64,000 bases of DNA from contig JAITVV010000007.1 in assembly GCA_031285625.1 (NCBI GenBank), positions 96,001-160,000 of the forward strand, written 5' to 3'. A program made the position numbers and the translations under genes. Positions 31,701 through 40,477 of the stretch are shown here, piece by piece. Below the pieces are notes generated by a model that did no database searches, was not told the origin of the DNA, and worked only from the letters and a program-made list of their open reading frames with translations. The DNA comes from Prevotella sp. GTDB taxonomy: Bacteria; Bacteroidota; Bacteroidia; Bacteroidales; Dysgonomonadaceae. Position 1 is the first letter of the stretch, and each line of letters starts with the position of its first letter.

Positions 31701-31816
31701 ATAAACGCCTGTATATTTCCCTTATCGGGAGAAACTTTATGATCAGATGAAATTTGTTGGCTAAAAACGAATAGGGGTAATAAAAACAGCAAAACTAATG
31801 TGCTGTATTGTTTCAT
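28721..31816 (-). CDS. GH116 glycoside hydrolase with an inserted beta-sandwich module
   Basis: GMPCGGIAAG N-terminal motif, WEGVGSCEGTCTHVW, QPNTYD, GCLSDQLFGQ, EVWTGIEY, NPWNEIECG.HYARAM. Confidence 0.9.
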   Translation of the reverse strand: MKQYSTLVLLFLLPLFVFSQQISSDHKVSPDKGNIQAFIGDKNSKGERKVYKGNELVTIGMPCGGIAAGQLYVRGDGTLANWWIANNAYNTGYGIDWLLNFETPLGPWKVCYQTFEPMSYIDQGFKITVDDSQKKYTKELSKKDFDDISFIGEYPIAFIDYNSKSNELPVKVSSQVYSPFIPLNAKESATPATILKYTVKNTSDKTVKADLTGWMQNLVCIDLKDRAGGTLRNKVVSNASQKSVYMDMSVSGKVKDDKSPTRKFKVFDDFESGNYNNWRVEGTAFGNKPAAGELCNQNPLGGDYGKGLANSYSDYDKPTGKMTSKTFTISDKYITFNIAGGAHKGKTCMNLVIDGIVAMSATGNNNEDFLPRNWDVSKWKGKKAYFEIIDDVTGDWGHISVDNIQFANEPVGMPRIKIDETHAYFGNLSLTVFDANATATADITKDGLAYAEALLGDKLNGGLTSTMSLKPGESKEVIFVLSWYFPNRPLSYKGSEWNRPLPPNSPAIGNMYSNWYNSSLDVAEQLHENYSKLEKATFDFHDTYYNQTTLPYWLTHRLMMPISILASETCQWWATDKFWAWEGVGSCEGTCTHVWGYAQAMAALFPELERNLREKTDYSVSLQPDGGILSRNGEHGILIDGHASVILRMYREHLMSKDNFFLSRNWAKIKKSLEYIIREDGNEDGLIVKKQPNTYDISFHGANTYVGALYLAALRAGEKMAMIMNDTTAAERYKKIYTAGSDNTMDRLWNGEYFIQDVDEKEYPEHQYGKGCLSDQLFGQTWADLLRLGDLYPNDAIDKALRSVWKYNWTNDVGPQTEAHLPERYYAHSGEPGLLICTWPHSKHPGEAGVRYRDEVWTGIEYQVATNMILRGMVDEGLAIVKAVHSRYDGAKHNPWNEIECGDHYARAMASYGVLNAIQNYWYDGPKGVMSFSPKLISNKFRGFFTAAEGWGNISQTGEGRNQQNTIEVKHGRLALQKVKLSVPAGFTPQKVEVFCNDKVIPATFDVNDQIDISFDKLNLKTGDKIKVVFL

Positions 31817-31848
31817 CTTAATTTATTTTGAATTAGTGTTTTTCATTT

Positions 31849-32022
31849 AGGAGGGTGCCAAAAGAAATTTTTTCTATTTCTTTGTCATGTTGAATTCGAA
31901 GGATCGGCGAAACCAACAGGAGTAAAACATCTCATGACCGAAGGGTCGAGATTCTTCATTACATTCAGAATGACAAAGAGAGTAACATCTTTATAGTGCA
32001 ATTTTACTTTTGACACCTCCCT
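31849..32022. repeat. Nested palindromic REP/MITE-like element
   Basis: Outer imperfect inverted repeat AGGAGGGTGCCAAAAG/CTTTTGACACCTCCCT enclosing inner TCTTTGTCAT.TTGAA...TTCAGAATGACAAAGA (31879-31979). Confidence 0.65.
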
Positions 32023-32035
32023 TGATAGCTAGTAA

Positions 32036-33802
32036 TTATTTATATCTGGGGCCATAATTTTCGCAAGCTCTGTAATCTGAGCCTTCAATATCCGATCCGA
32101 ATGAATTCCATGCAGAAGGCCTGAAAATATTGTCTTCATCAACATTATGCATGCATACCGGGATAGAAACCATAGCTGCTAGCGATATAAGGTCTGCACC
32201 GATATGTCCGTAACTAATGGCTCCATGGTTAGCTCCCCAATAATTCATTACGGAATACACATCCTTGAAATGTCCTTTTCCAGTCAGTCTTGGCACAAAG
32301 AACGTCGAAGGCCAGGTTTTATCGGTACGCTTGTCAATAACATCAAATACATCAGCAGGGAATGTTGCTGTCCATCCTTCGGCAATCTGGAGAACGGGGC
32401 CTAAACCTTTCACCAGATTGATACGACACATGGTAACAGGCATATTCGCCTTTGACAATAATTTGGATGAATAACCTCCTCCCCGGAAATACTCCAATGA
32501 CGAAGGACCCCATTTAGTTGCCTTAAGCATAGCGCCTACTTCACTTTCATTTATTTCCCAGAATGGTTTCATTACAGGCTTACCATCTTTAGTCTGCTCG
32601 CCAGTTGCATCTAATGTGCATGCTCCCGAGTTGATAAGATGAATCGCTCCATCTTTCAGTAATCCATCCGGCTCCCATCCGGTTACCCGCTTCAGCGATG
32701 CGGGGCTCCAATAAGTTCTTACATCAGCAAATATCTGTGCAGTATTGGTTAAAAGATTACCAAACAACATGGATATTGCATTCAGATGATCGTCTTCTGT
32801 CGCAAAGGTGAAAGGAGCTCTTATACCATTCCAATCGAAGGAAGTATTCAGTATTGCTTCCGAGAAATCACCATTAGGCATAAAATCTGTCCACTGGCGC
32901 TGCCCCTGAAAACCTCCAGCAATAGCATTGTGTCCCATTGCTTCTTCTTCGAATCCTATAAGTTTATCGTTACCTATCATAAGGTCGCGCATGATCAGTG
33001 TCATTTTAACTACAAATTCCCAGTCCTGATCCTTTTGTTCCCTTGTACGGCGGATAGCCTCCGGATTGTGGTCAGGTAATTCATTTACAGCACAATGTTT
33101 TTTGGTCCAAGCCAATGCTTTTTCATATTCTTCCTTATCATATATTTCCTGTTGTATACGACGCAGGATTTCAGAACAATCTACATATTCGGTACGCATA
33201 CCAAGATACTCCTGTAGAAACTCAGGGTTGACAATAGATCCACCGATACCCATAGAGACACTACCTATAGCCAGGTATGATTTACCCCGCATAATAGCGA
33301 CAGCAAGACCAGCTTTTGCAAATCGTAATAGTTTTTCTTTTACATCATCTGGTATAGCTGTATCTCCTATATCCTGAATATCATGTCCGTAGATACCGAA
33401 TGCAGGCAACCCTTTTTGCGTATGGGCAGCAAGCGCAGCAGCAAGATAAACCGCTCCCGGGCGTTCTGTACCGTTAAAACCCCAGATTGCTTTAGGTATA
33501 AGCGGATCCATATCAATCGTTTCCGATCCGTAACACCAACAAGGTGTGACAGATAAGGATAAACCGACATTCTCTTTCTCGAATTTCTCCGCACAATTAG
33601 CAGCTTCTTTTACCCCACCTATGCAGGTATCTGCAATAATACATTCTACTGGTGTACCATCCGGATATTTTAGATTTTCACTGTAGAATTTTGCAACATT
33701 ACGCGCCATATTCATTGTGGTTTCTTCCAATGATTCACGGATTCCTCTGCGACGCCCGTCAATAATAGGCCTGATCCCGATTCTCGGATAATTCTTTCCC
33801 AT
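32036..33802 (-). CDS. fucI: L-fucose/D-arabinose isomerase
   Basis: [62 protein letters not shown]. Confidence 0.97.
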   Translation of the reverse strand: MGKNYPRIGIRPIIDGRRRGIRESLEETTMNMARNVAKFYSENLKYPDGTPVECIIADTCIGGVKEAANCAEKFEKENVGLSLSVTPCWCYGSETIDMDPLIPKAIWGFNGTERPGAVYLAAALAAHTQKGLPAFGIYGHDIQDIGDTAIPDDVKEKLLRFAKAGLAVAIMRGKSYLAIGSVSMGIGGSIVNPEFLQEYLGMRTEYVDCSEILRRIQQEIYDKEEYEKALAWTKKHCAVNELPDHNPEAIRRTREQKDQDWEFVVKMTLIMRDLMIGNDKLIGFEEEAMGHNAIAGGFQGQRQWTDFMPNGDFSEAILNTSFDWNGIRAPFTFATEDDHLNAISMLFGNLLTNTAQIFADVRTYWSPASLKRVTGWEPDGLLKDGAIHLINSGACTLDATGEQTKDGKPVMKPFWEINESEVGAMLKATKWGPSSLEYFRGGGYSSKLLSKANMPVTMCRINLVKGLGPVLQIAEGWTATFPADVFDVIDKRTDKTWPSTFFVPRLTGKGHFKDVYSVMNYWGANHGAISYGHIGADLISLAAMVSIPVCMHNVDEDNIFRPSAWNSFGSDIEGSDYRACENYGPRYK

Positions 33803-33835
33803 AATCTTAAATTTTAAGTTATAATTCTCTATATT

Positions 33836-35071
33836 TTATTTGAATATTGTTTTTATTTTATCAATGGAGACTCCAAACAGTTTTTCAGTAATCACTGTAA
33901 GGTCTTCCTCTTCGCCTATAAAATGAAATACATTATGAAGGTGTACCAAAGATTCGGCAGGCTTAAGGAACGCCGCAGGCGAAGCGCTTTCTATTTCGAT
34001 GAATGGTCCCATAATGCTGCCATCTTCGAGAGGCCCGTCATTATAAGCATTCATAGCATCTCCAACCAGCGGATCTTTCTCAGAATTCCACTCCTGATTG
34101 AGATATATTTTGTCCGGAGCTACATCAAAAGTTGTGATAGTCAGTTTCTTTGTATCAGGATCGTAGTTTCCTGCTACAGACTTTGTGCGAAGCCTGCTCA
34201 TACCCAGTTTGTTCCTGTTTTTTCCATCTGTTTTCAGATAGAGCACACCATCTACGACCTTTAGCCTGTCTGCAGGAATTTCTCCAAAATAATCCGTTGT
34301 GGCTACTATACCAAGATCTTTTTCATTCCCTTCCTTAAAAGGAACTATTGTCATCGAATTTGGCGCAGGATTGTACATATCCAGCATCCAGATACATATA
34401 GTACCTGTCTCTTTTGTCCATTCGAAATTATCTGTATTTGTCAACGTATTTTCGGTAAGATACCCCACCGATTTTACAGCATCAGTGAGTGTTATTCCTA
34501 ACATAGAAGCTATTTCCTGTGTGTTGATTAATTTTATGCTCCTATTAACATCTACATTGAAAGTGGTACCAACATAATTTGTAATACGCATTTGTTTGTT
34601 CATAGAAACATTCTTAGACGAAGCAGATGTAACAGTCCATGCTTCGGTATCGAATGGAGCCGGAGTATGCCAGTTATCATAAACTTGCTTTACTCCCGGT
34701 TTGAAGTAGATAGAAAACTTACCTCCTTCGGGACCCAACCACAAGCGGTTTTCACCGCCATAGCCATTCATATGTTCGTTAATCTCTTTCGAGTCGAGTA
34801 CTTTATAATTGAGATAACCAAGACTTGCACCTTCAAGACCGTCTACAGTTGAAGTGAATACTTTAGCCTGATAGCCCGGAGAAACCAGTACCTGTGCCTT
34901 TTCATCATCACTGGTCAATATAATGATGCTATCCTTTTCTGATAAATAATTAACATCATAGCCAAAAGTTCCCTTTCCAAATGTTTTCATATCCTTTTTT
35001 GTTTTACTATTGCAGGATAGCATACCTATACATAGCACTGCAATGATTAACCTATTAATTATTGATTTCAT
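33836..35071 (-). CDS. Lipoprotein of unknown function (DUF6786-like)
   Basis: Lipobox MLSC; YQAKVFTST, GGENRLWLGPEGG, NAYNDGP, GPFIEIESASPAA. Beta-rich, possibly a galactose-mutarotase-like fold. Start placed at MKSII. Confidence 0.7.
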   Translation of the reverse strand: MKSIINRLIIAVLCIGMLSCNSKTKKDMKTFGKGTFGYDVNYLSEKDSIIILTSDDEKAQVLVSPGYQAKVFTSTVDGLEGASLGYLNYKVLDSKEINEHMNGYGGENRLWLGPEGGKFSIYFKPGVKQVYDNWHTPAPFDTEAWTVTSASSKNVSMNKQMRITNYVGTTFNVDVNRSIKLINTQEIASMLGITLTDAVKSVGYLTENTLTNTDNFEWTKETGTICIWMLDMYNPAPNSMTIVPFKEGNEKDLGIVATTDYFGEIPADRLKVVDGVLYLKTDGKNRNKLGMSRLRTKSVAGNYDPDTKKLTITTFDVAPDKIYLNQEWNSEKDPLVGDAMNAYNDGPLEDGSIMGPFIEIESASPAAFLKPAESLVHLHNVFHFIGEEEDLTVITEKLFGVSIDKIKTIFK

Positions 35072-35084
35072 ACCTGTAAGTTTT

Positions 35085-37652
35085 TTAGATTGACTTACTC
35101 TCAAATGCTATCTCTTTACCGGAAAGGTTGCATAACTTTATATCTATACTGCCATAATAAATGGCTATAACCGGCTTGCCTCCTTTTACTTCTACTGTTC
35201 CAAATCCTTTATCAGTAGAAAGGAATGTTGTAAAGTCACCATCTATCTTAGAGTCGATATATAATGTTTTGTCTACGGCATCGTAACGAACACCTGTCAG
35301 CGCCTGTAATAAGCTATAGCTGGATAATGCCCTTGCATACCATGCCCCACACTCATATTCATTATAAGGATTACGGACTTTTCCTGTATAGCGGTCACGG
35401 CAAGTACGAACTATCTCAAGCCCCTTTTCTACTTCACCTTCGAAGATAAGATGTGCTGCCACCTGATATTCTATGCCTGTCCATACCTCATCGCTATATA
35501 CAAACGGAATACTTAGCTTTCCTCCTTTAGGCCATGTGCAAAGTAATAATCCTCCCTCATTGCCCAGAGCAAATGTCGGGCGTTGCGGATTAGCGTGATC
35601 GCGCAAATCTTTTTTCAAATTATATTTGTGGATAGAAACTAAATGACTCTTTACTTTTTCCTTATCGATAGGCTCTTCCATTCCGGCAGCAAGCGCCATC
35701 CAGCAACCAAGAATGCCATCAGATAAGCAACCTTTTCCATATTGATATTTCGGCCCTTCTTTTTCGAGAAGCGTACGTGCTTCTGCTGAGTAATCACTAT
35801 TCCAGTTACTTAAAGACAAAGCAACAGGATCAGGCGATTTTAGATCTTTCCAGCGGATATCCTGAATAAAGTATTCTCCATCATAAAGCTTGGTTTCCAT
35901 ATATACTTTGCTCTTAGTCAAAAGCTCTTCGTATTCTGCAACATTCTCATTCAAGGCTTTACCCATCAGTACCATACTTTGCAAAGCGGATGTGTAGATA
36001 CTAGTACACATGCCATCCGGTCCCCAGAACTCGATATCATAAGTGTTATGATGAGGCTCTTCCAAAGCACCTGTTTTTCGTGGATCCCATATGTTAATAC
36101 AATAATCTATACTTTGTTTCACCTGTCGATACATCATTTTCAGCCAATCGGTATTTCCACTGATACGCCAATCCCTGTACATCTTGATAATACCACCTAA
36201 CTGACCATCAGATGCAGAATGGAAATCATGTTTCACCGGGCGGATAGGTATATTGGTGCGGAACATCTGATGTCCCGACTTATCCTGACTTACATAAAAT
36301 TCTGTTTCTCTCAATGATCTTTCCAGTGCAGGGAAAAGATGAGGAATAGCCTGTGCATAATTCCATACATGTGTACACGAACCATGACAAGAGCCCCATG
36401 TATCACCACAACCTTCATAATTCCAAAGGCGTCCGTCATGCTGGCGCATAACTGTAGGTGATTTTAAAATAGAGAGGTTTGCACTCACAGCTTCAACTAC
36501 TTCAGCAGGCAGCGAACTGCTATAAAATGCTTTTGTGAATAATTCCGATTTAGACTTCAGGTCATTGTAGTTAGTAGCCCAATATGATGTCAGTTCACCA
36601 ATATTCTTAAAGCGGGTACTATACCAAGGTTCGTAATATTTAGGAGTTGTACCGTCACCATAGTTTACAGGACAGGCTGTTCCTTTATCCGAATCTGTCA
36701 CAGCATCCGTGCCAATATTTATATTTGATTTAGGAACGTACCATGCCATGTGCAAACGGATCGTTTTAGTTTCGCCGGCTTTTACCTTAAACGGAACATA
36801 AAGCGATCCTCCCGGTGCATTTTTTTCAACGGGTTCGTTTGTTAATATTGCTCCGTCAGCAACCGCATTCCATGCCATGGTAAGTGGATCCCACCATCCG
36901 CCACGAAACCAGCAATGATTTACTTTTGTATTATCATCATCTGTATAGATAGCAAATTCACCTTGTAGATGAGGTTTATCAGCAGGAGCTTCCTGTGTAA
37001 GTATAAAACCATTCTTAGTGGATTTCACTGTATTTACGGCCTCATCGGTCTTTTTCATAAAATTGCGTGAATTGTATGAAAAGATAGCTTCCACATCTTC
37101 TGATGCTGTATTTGTAAATGTATATTCCAATGCACCTACGGGTAAGCTTGAGTTATCATTGTCGGTAGGAATAAAAGGGCTCCATCCTTTGATCTGTACA
37201 TCGAGAGGCACGTCTTTATCTTTCAGATTAATAGTAGCAAATGGAAACTTTGAACTGAATGTTACATCATCGAACCGGGGTAATCCCCATGTGGTAAGCG
37301 GGCCTCCCAGAGCCGATTCACGATCTCCAAACTTCTTCCTGTCAGGAACCGGCCCTTCCAGAACCTTTGAACCATTTTCTTTACCTTTTACATGTATTGC
37401 AGCAAACATACACGGCTCCATAAATACGTCAGGCTGATGCCGTACCGACATGTTGGATATTGCGCCCGTGCCTTCTATACAGAACATTCCACCACCGATT
37501 CCTCCTATCGGAAAGGCTATCCGGTTCAGGTTATCTCCCCCATAAGAAGTTTCATACGTCCGCTTGAATACTGCGGATTCATTCTTTTTGCAAGCAAAGA
37601 ACAAGCTACTTGCTATACAAAGTAACAATACTGATAAAGCTAATTTTTTCAT
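35085..37652 (-). CDS. GH116 glycoside hydrolase, lipoprotein (beta-D-arabinofuranosidase candidate)
   Basis: Lipobox FFAC; FPIGGIGGG, YEGC...GSCTHVWNY, HHNTYDIEFWG, GCLSDG, EVWTGIEY, NPYNEYECG.WYARA. Start placed at MKKLA. Confidence 0.92.
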   Translation of the reverse strand: MKKLALSVLLLCIASSLFFACKKNESAVFKRTYETSYGGDNLNRIAFPIGGIGGGMFCIEGTGAISNMSVRHQPDVFMEPCMFAAIHVKGKENGSKVLEGPVPDRKKFGDRESALGGPLTTWGLPRFDDVTFSSKFPFATINLKDKDVPLDVQIKGWSPFIPTDNDNSSLPVGALEYTFTNTASEDVEAIFSYNSRNFMKKTDEAVNTVKSTKNGFILTQEAPADKPHLQGEFAIYTDDDNTKVNHCWFRGGWWDPLTMAWNAVADGAILTNEPVEKNAPGGSLYVPFKVKAGETKTIRLHMAWYVPKSNINIGTDAVTDSDKGTACPVNYGDGTTPKYYEPWYSTRFKNIGELTSYWATNYNDLKSKSELFTKAFYSSSLPAEVVEAVSANLSILKSPTVMRQHDGRLWNYEGCGDTWGSCHGSCTHVWNYAQAIPHLFPALERSLRETEFYVSQDKSGHQMFRTNIPIRPVKHDFHSASDGQLGGIIKMYRDWRISGNTDWLKMMYRQVKQSIDYCINIWDPRKTGALEEPHHNTYDIEFWGPDGMCTSIYTSALQSMVLMGKALNENVAEYEELLTKSKVYMETKLYDGEYFIQDIRWKDLKSPDPVALSLSNWNSDYSAEARTLLEKEGPKYQYGKGCLSDGILGCWMALAAGMEEPIDKEKVKSHLVSIHKYNLKKDLRDHANPQRPTFALGNEGGLLLCTWPKGGKLSIPFVYSDEVWTGIEYQVAAHLIFEGEVEKGLEIVRTCRDRYTGKVRNPYNEYECGAWYARALSSYSLLQALTGVRYDAVDKTLYIDSKIDGDFTTFLSTDKGFGTVEVKGGKPVIAIYYGSIDIKLCNLSGKEIAFESKSI

Positions 37653-37840
37653 ATGTATTATGTTTGAAATTGTTATTTTCAAATTATCACTGATTCATAA
37701 GGCTCTCAGCCATAGCTGATAATAAAGGATTATATTAGATCATTAAAGGGTGTAGAAGGACACAGTTATCATATAACCGTAATCAGAAATACCAATTGCT
37801 TCATAGTTTTAGGTATTTAAGTTTATTGAGAATAAATCTC

Positions 37841-39055
37841 TTACATTTTGTATCCTTTTAAGCCATAGAATAAGACGAAAAGGAAACAAACCAGAGGGAT
37901 AGTGAAGCCCAAAGCCATATTTTGCTCACCCAAAAGCCCCATAATCATCGGAGTAAATGCACCACCTGCAACTGCCATTGTAAGGTAAGACGCAGCTTTC
38001 TTAGTATGTTCACCCATATTGGCAAGTCCCAGGGCATAAATAGTAGGGAACATGATAGACATAAAGAAAAAGCTTATATACAATGCATAGAGGGATACTT
38101 TACCCAATTCGAGGATAACAAGAGCCATAGATATGGCACAAACCAATGCATATAGTGTTAATAATTTGTTCGGTTTAAACCTTCCCATAAAGAAACTACC
38201 CGATAAACGGCCTATCATGAATAATAACATACCGCCGAATGCCAGAAACTGGGAAGCTTTTACAGGAGTTATAGTTGAATCCAGTTCTGTTACATAATTG
38301 ATAAAGAAACCAAAGACTCCTGACTGGGCACCCATATATGCAAACTGGGCAATGACTGCAAGTACAAAATGCTTATGTGACCACATCGACTTGGTTTTAG
38401 TTAAAGGCAATGTGCCGGCTTCAGGAGTATCATCATTGGTTTCTACAATATTGGGCAATTTTATAAAAAAGAAAAATACAGTAATAATCAATATACAGAT
38501 ACCTATAAGAATGTATGGCTTGGTTAGAGCCATTGTATCATCGGCAGAAGCTCCCAATATTAATTGCCCCCCTATAAACGGCCCTAAAACCCACCCCAAA
38601 CCATTAAGTGATTGTGATAAATTGAGGCGTTGCGCTGCACTTTCTTTCGGACCTAAAACTGTTGAATACGGATTGGCTGCCGTTTCGAGTATGCAAAGTC
38701 CGCATGCTACCACAAAAAGAGCTACAAGAAAAGGGTTAGCCGAGTGAAGAAAGGCTGCAGGAATAAAACTAAATGCACCGACTGCATATAGCAGCAGCCC
38801 GAATATTATCCCTTTCTGATAACCGTACCTTTTCATAAACAAACCTGCCGGGACACTCATCAGGGCATATGCAATATAAGTAGAAAACTGCACAAGCCCC
38901 GATTGAGCTTTGGACATCGTAAAAGCTACCTGAAAATGCTTATTTAAAACATCTAAAAGGCCATGGGCCAAACCCCACATAAGGAATAAACTACTTACCA
39001 AAATGAAAGGTATAAGATAACTTTTACCTGCTGGAGAAGAGAAAATGTTTTTCAT
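37841..39055 (-). CDS. FucP-like MFS sugar:H+ symporter
   Basis: About 12 TM segments; LFLMWG, LETAANPY, RLNLSQSLNGLG, YMGAQ, MSIMFPTI. Confidence 0.92.
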   Translation of the reverse strand: MKNIFSSPAGKSYLIPFILVSSLFLMWGLAHGLLDVLNKHFQVAFTMSKAQSGLVQFSTYIAYALMSVPAGLFMKRYGYQKGIIFGLLLYAVGAFSFIPAAFLHSANPFLVALFVVACGLCILETAANPYSTVLGPKESAAQRLNLSQSLNGLGWVLGPFIGGQLILGASADDTMALTKPYILIGICILIITVFFFFIKLPNIVETNDDTPEAGTLPLTKTKSMWSHKHFVLAVIAQFAYMGAQSGVFGFFINYVTELDSTITPVKASQFLAFGGMLLFMIGRLSGSFFMGRFKPNKLLTLYALVCAISMALVILELGKVSLYALYISFFFMSIMFPTIYALGLANMGEHTKKAASYLTMAVAGGAFTPMIMGLLGEQNMALGFTIPLVCFLFVLFYGLKGYKM

Positions 39056-39075
39056 AGTATAGTATATTAGTCAAA

Positions 39076-39095
39076 TAAGTTAAACGATTAACTTA
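39076..39095. promoter_or_regulatory. LacI-type operator upstream of the permease
   Basis: TAAGTTAAACGATTAACTTA, a near-perfect palindrome centred on CG. Confidence 0.7.
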
Positions 39096-39110
39096 ATTTA
39101 GTAAAAAAAT

Positions 39111-40130
39111 TCACGAACTACCATCATGCAAAACAGCCTGAAGTTTAAGAGATTGAGTCTCTTTCTGACCTCTTTTTTTAGATGACATTTCTGTAATCAA
39201 GATTTCCACAGCTCTTTTTCCGATCTCTGCTATTGGTTGCAAAACATAAGGAATAGGGATAGACATCAGATCGAAAGCATCATTTTTGTCAAAACACACG
39301 ACCTGTACATCAGTCGATATATCTATACCTTTTCGCATAATACTCTTTAGGGCATACATTGAGATACTATTAGTAGCGAAAAAGATACCATCGACACTGC
39401 TTCCGTTATCAAATAATTCGTTAATGGCATTATCTATATCTGAACGAATATGAGAATAACGTATTTCTTTTATACATATATTATCAGCCATACCGGCATA
39501 AGCCATTGCATCAACATAACCGCTTCTGCGTTCCAGAATATGTGGAAGGTTATTTTGATAAATCAACAATGCTATTTTTTTACACTTTTTGTCTAACAAT
39601 AGCTTTGTAGCTTCCAATGAGGCTTTATAATTATCAATACCAACATAACTTGTTTCGATAAAAGGAAAATACCGGTCTAGTAAGACTAAAGGAAAATTAT
39701 CTTTAACCAGTCCGAGAATATGATCTTCACTATGCTCAGTAGGAACGATCAGGAACCCGTCGACCTGCCTGTTGCGAAACATATTAATCATAGTACCCAT
39801 TTTATCTACACTTTCATTTGTATTGGTAATAATTACCGTATAACCATATTTTTCGGCCTCTTCCTGTATATAAAAAGCCAATGTACTAAAGAACAAGTTG
39901 GATATATCAGCCACGATCAGGCCTATTGTTTGAGAAGATCCAACTCTAAGACTTCTGGCCAGACTATTGGGCTGATAATTCATTTCCTTTGCTGTAAGTA
40001 TTATTTTCTCTGCCAAAGCTTTACTTACACGGCCCTCCTTTTGCTTTCCACTGAGTACTAAAGATACCGTTGCATTAGAAACACCTAATTTTTCAGCTAT
40101 ATTCTTTATCGAAGTCCTTTTGATTTGCAT
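39111..40130 (-). CDS. LacI family transcriptional regulator
   Basis: SIKNIAEKLGVSNATVSLVL HTH, YQPNSLARSL hinge, periplasmic-binding-like domain. Start placed at MQIKR. Confidence 0.95.
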   Translation of the reverse strand: MQIKRTSIKNIAEKLGVSNATVSLVLSGKQKEGRVSKALAEKIILTAKEMNYQPNSLARSLRVGSSQTIGLIVADISNLFFSTLAFYIQEEAEKYGYTVIITNTNESVDKMGTMINMFRNRQVDGFLIVPTEHSEDHILGLVKDNFPLVLLDRYFPFIETSYVGIDNYKASLEATKLLLDKKCKKIALLIYQNNLPHILERRSGYVDAMAYAGMADNICIKEIRYSHIRSDIDNAINELFDNGSSVDGIFFATNSISMYALKSIMRKGIDISTDVQVVCFDKNDAFDLMSIPIPYVLQPIAEIGKRAVEILITEMSSKKRGQKETQSLKLQAVLHDGSS

Positions 40131-40163
40131 ATCATATTTAGGTAAAATTGAATTCTTTATATT

Positions 40164-40244
40164 TTGCTTAATCGATTCAGCAATAAATACAAAAAAAATA
40201 TTTGTCACAAAGCAAACATAATGCTAAAACGTTTAACTAGCAAA
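40164..40244 (-). promoter_or_regulatory. PUL promoter (-33 TTTG / -7 TATGTTTG) with two LacI-type operators
   Basis: Reverse-strand TTTG (40241-40244) and TATGTTTG (40213-40220), 20 nt apart. Palindromes TTGCTTAATCGATTCAGCAA (40164-40183) and GCTAAAACGTTTAACT (40223-40238). Confidence 0.7.
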
Positions 40245-40477
40245 AAAATAAATATGTTTTTTAACATAAACATGGATAACTGATTGCAGAAAACTTATAA
40301 GTAACTGTAAATAAGCAACAAGAATTAGTAATAGAATCTATATGGTTTACTATTCATTTTGCCTTGATGCAAATCATTGAAAATTCGCGTCGTACTTCAA
40401 CAAGTGCCGTTAACATCCTTTTGGGGGTTTAGCCAATAGGATGCTAAGCAATCGCACAGTAGAATTGATAATACTAT

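Noticed and set aside
37769-37804. MKQLVFLITVI* mini-ORF resembling the start of a signal peptide between fucP and GH116
   Set aside because: Only 11 codons with no recognisable continuation. It could be a gene remnant, but this cannot be supported.
32036-39055. Reading fucI plus fucP as an L-fucose utilisation operon
   Set aside because: No fucK, fucA, fucU or fucosidase is present. The accompanying GH172, GH116 and ribulokinase fit D-arabinose better.
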